A stretch of 64,000 nucleotides of DNA from positions 486 through 64,485 of the forward strand of contig JBEILM010000005.1 in NCBI GenBank assembly GCA_040379205.1, given 5' to 3'. Positions 61,456-64,000 of the stretch are shown here, piece after piece. Source of the DNA: Gemmatimonas sp. (lineage in GTDB: Bacteria; Gemmatimonadota; Gemmatimonadetes; Gemmatimonadales; Gemmatimonadaceae). The translations under genes and the position numbers were made by a program. Each line of letters begins with the position of its first letter. Within the stretch, counting starts at the first letter, position 1. The notes under the pieces were generated by a model that saw nothing but the letters and a program-made list of their open reading frames with translations, was not told where the DNA came from and did not search any database.

Positions 61456-63414
61456 TCACCCTCTCGGTTTAGTACGCGGGCTGCGAATCGGCAAGATGCG
61501 ATGGAGTTCACGTTCGAGTTCGGTGCGCTCCTGCAATAGCGGCCCCTGCTCTTCCGGGGTGACCGTCCGCATAGCCTCGCGAATCTCGTCGATGCGCACT
61601 TCGAGCACCCGCGCGTCGAGCTTGCTGAGGTTGAGGCCGATGTCGGCGGCTTCCGCATCGTACGGCCCGCTCTCCGTCAGCTCCCGCATGACGCGCAGCG
61701 CCTCCGGCGACAGCTGGTCGGCCAGCGCCTCGAGACCCTCATCGAGGGGCGCCGTCAACATCGTCGCGAACAGCTCCCGATACACGACGTCGCGGAAGGC
61801 CTCGGGCGGATGCCGCTCGGCCACCCGTTCGGCCACCCCGCGATCGCCGAGCATCGCCCGCACCAGCGACCGCTCGACCGGCTCGTCGCGACGCGGGCGC
61901 GGCGGCACCGTCGTGGCCTGCCACTCCGGCCCCTGATTCTTCCAGCGTTTCCCTTTCCACGGGGGCCGCGCACTGCCAGTGGGCGGCGGCAACGGTGCCG
62001 GGCTCTCCTCCGACCGTTCACCGGTATACTCCGGCGGCGGTCCCGCGAACGGCGGCGGCTCCCAGTCGCCCTCGCCGATGTCCACCGGCTCTCCCTCACG
62101 ACGTACGACGGCAGTCCGCCGACGCTCCGGGTCGGGGAGCGATTCCGCTTCGGCCAGCAGCGTCGCCTTGTCCAGATGCGTGACATCGGCGAGGCGCGCG
62201 AGATACAGGTCACGCGTGAGCGGATCCCTCGCCGCGCGAATGGTGGGCAGCAGCTTGTCGATGGCGGTCCGGCGATGGCGCAGATCGGCAAACCATCCGC
62301 GTCGTTCCAGCAACTGCACCTGTCGGTCGAGCAGGTCGATGGCGCTGCCCAGCTGGCTCTCCATGGCCGCCCGGCCACGGTCACGAACGAACGAGTCCGG
62401 GTCTTCACCGTCGGGCAGCGAGACGACCCGCACCGTGGCTTTCACGCGAAGCAACTCGAGTCCCGATCGGAAGGTGGCCTTCTGGCCGGCCTCATCGCTG
62501 TCGTACAGCAGGAACACCTCCGTCGCGTAGCGCACGAGCAGTTGCGCCTGTTCCTCGGTCAGCGCCGTACCCAGCGGGGCCACCACCTCCTCGATGCCCG
62601 CCAGCGCCAGGCGGATGGCATCGAGATATCCTTCCACCACGATCGCCCGCGACACGCGCCGCATCGCCTGCTTGGCCGTGTGCAGCCCATACAGCGTGCG
62701 TCGCTTCTGAAAGACCGCCGACTCGGGGCTGTTCAGGTACTTCGGCGTGTCGTCACCCATGGCGCGACCACCGAAGCCCACCGGACGCCCCAACTCGTCG
62801 TGAATGGGAAACATGACCCGACCACGGAAACGCACGCGTGGCTCCGACTCCCCTTCACGCAGCACCAGCAGCCCGGCCTCCAGTTGGCGCGCATCGTCGT
62901 AGCCGAGGGAGTGCAGGTAGCGGCGCAGCAACTGGGCATCGCGAGGCGCAAACCCCAACCCGAAACGCTGCCACGCCTGTGCCGGCAGATCTCGCTGCTG
63001 CAGGTACTCGCGGGCCGCCCTTCCCACGCTGTCATCGAGCAGCTGCCGCTGAAACCACTCAGCGGCGGCGGCCAGCGCCTCATGACTCGGCTCGTTCGGG
63101 TCGGGGGCCTGCGCGCGTCGCGGCGCGTCGATCACCTCGATACCCACCTTCTCTCCCACGTACTTCACGGCCGATGGCCAATCCAGGCCCAGCCGTTTCC
63201 GCAGGAAGGTGAAGACGTCGCCACTCTCATGGCAGACGAAGCAGTGGTAGCTCCCATGCGACGCCGACACCGAGAAGTTCGGGTTCTTTCCCTGGTGAAA
63301 GGGACACGGGCCACGCCACGTGCCGCCGGAGCGCTTGAGCGGCACGTACTCGCTGATGATGCCCACGATGTCCGCCGCCGAGCGTACGCGCTCCACGATC
63401 TCATCGGGAATCAT
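61456..63414 (-). CDS. dnaG: DNA primase
   Basis: CPFH..KNPNF, HCFVC zinc finger; GFGGR, KYLNSPE, VVEGYLD, YDSDEAGQKA TOPRIM. Confidence 0.97.
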   Translation of the reverse strand: MIPDEIVERVRSAADIVGIISEYVPLKRSGGTWRGPCPFHQGKNPNFSVSASHGSYHCFVCHESGDVFTFLRKRLGLDWPSAVKYVGEKVGIEVIDAPRRAQAPDPNEPSHEALAAAAEWFQRQLLDDSVGRAAREYLQQRDLPAQAWQRFGLGFAPRDAQLLRRYLHSLGYDDARQLEAGLLVLREGESEPRVRFRGRVMFPIHDELGRPVGFGGRAMGDDTPKYLNSPESAVFQKRRTLYGLHTAKQAMRRVSRAIVVEGYLDAIRLALAGIEEVVAPLGTALTEEQAQLLVRYATEVFLLYDSDEAGQKATFRSGLELLRVKATVRVVSLPDGEDPDSFVRDRGRAAMESQLGSAIDLLDRQVQLLERRGWFADLRHRRTAIDKLLPTIRAARDPLTRDLYLARLADVTHLDKATLLAEAESLPDPERRRTAVVRREGEPVDIGEGDWEPPPFAGPPPEYTGERSEESPAPLPPPTGSARPPWKGKRWKNQGPEWQATTVPPRPRRDEPVERSLVRAMLGDRGVAERVAERHPPEAFRDVVYRELFATMLTAPLDEGLEALADQLSPEALRVMRELTESGPYDAEAADIGLNLSKLDARVLEVRIDEIREAMRTVTPEEQGPLLQERTELERELHRILPIRSPRTKPRG

Positions 63415-63458
63415 CGGCGTGGCTCGCGGCGCGATCGCATGCGCGGAATCAACCGCCG

Positions 63459-64000
63459 CTACGCCAGCTCGGCTACCGTCACGCCGGCGCCGCCCTCGTT
63501 CCACGCGCCGAGGCGGAACCCGGTGACCCGGGTGTCCTTCTTGAGCATCTCACCCACCCGAGCCCGCAACGCGCCGGTCCCCTTGCCGTGAATGATGCGG
63601 AGTTCGCGCAGGTCGTTGCGCACCGCGGCATCGAGTGCCTGGAGAATCTGGTCGTCGATCTCGTCGACACGCAGTCCGCGCACGTCCACTTCCCGCACGG
63701 GCTCGACCTCGGGAATGTCCCCCGACAGCATCATCCGCCCCGTAACGGCCGGCGCCGCGGCCGAGCGTGTCAGGCTCGACACCGGCACCGTGACCGTGAG
63801 CGAGCCCACCGCAACGCGCGCATCACTGCCGCGCACGTTCACGATACGCCCCGTCTTACCGCCAAGCGTACCGACCAGCACGTGGTCGCCCTCGGCCAAC
63901 GGGGCATCGGCGCGCCCACGACCAGTCGGTGCGGGCGTCCGGGCCCCCCCGACCTCCGGCGCCGACGCGGCGACGCGGCGCTTCGCTTCGGCCTTCGCCC
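63459..64000 (-). CDS. mutS2: MutS2 C-terminal part with Smr domain, 5'-truncated by the window edge
   Basis: EVDVRGLRVDE, IIHGKGTGALR, GGAGVTVAEL. Confidence 0.88.
   Translation of the reverse strand, partial: AKAEAKRRVAASAPEVGGARTPAPTGRGRADAPLAEGDHVLVGTLGGKTGRIVNVRGSDARVAVGSLTVTVPVSSLTRSAAAPAVTGRMMLSGDIPEVEPVREVDVRGLRVDEIDDQILQALDAAVRNDLRELRIIHGKGTGALRARVGEMLKKDTRVTGFRLGAWNEGGAGVTVAELA

Overview
A high-GC (about 70%) chromosomal window, mostly minus-strand housekeeping operons. Protein content and gene order suggest a Gemmatimonas-like member of Gemmatimonadota (inference, no search run). Left to right it holds: uppS(partial)-frr-pyrH-tsf-rpsB-rpsI-rplM; mscL; a three-subunit biotin-dependent acyl-CoA carboxylase interrupted by an RNA methyltransferase; rpsA; an aroA-cmk fusion; a dap/lysine operon; tRNA-Leu and tRNA-Gly; recN-nadK-dxs-ispA-xseBA-folD-rny-zapA-zapB-pheTS-rplT-rpmI-infC; rex with a perfect Rex operator; rsmA plus a partner-switching module; pta-coaD-rsmD-recJ; dnaG; and mutS2(partial). 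The standout is a translationally coupled pair at 21924-30981: an intact 1820-aa trifunctional propionyl-CoA synthase (Pcs) and a Chloroflexus-type bifunctional malonyl-CoA reductase (Mcr), the two signature enzymes of the 3-hydroxypropionate bi-cycle. The mcr copy carries a 1-nt frameshift, a catalytic Tyr->Asp change, an NNAG->NNAE change and an apparent in-frame deletion. It looks like a decaying or re-purposed gene beside a working Pcs. No CRISPR array, integrase or transposase was seen. Family assignments come from motif recognition and recalled homolog sequences, not database searches.
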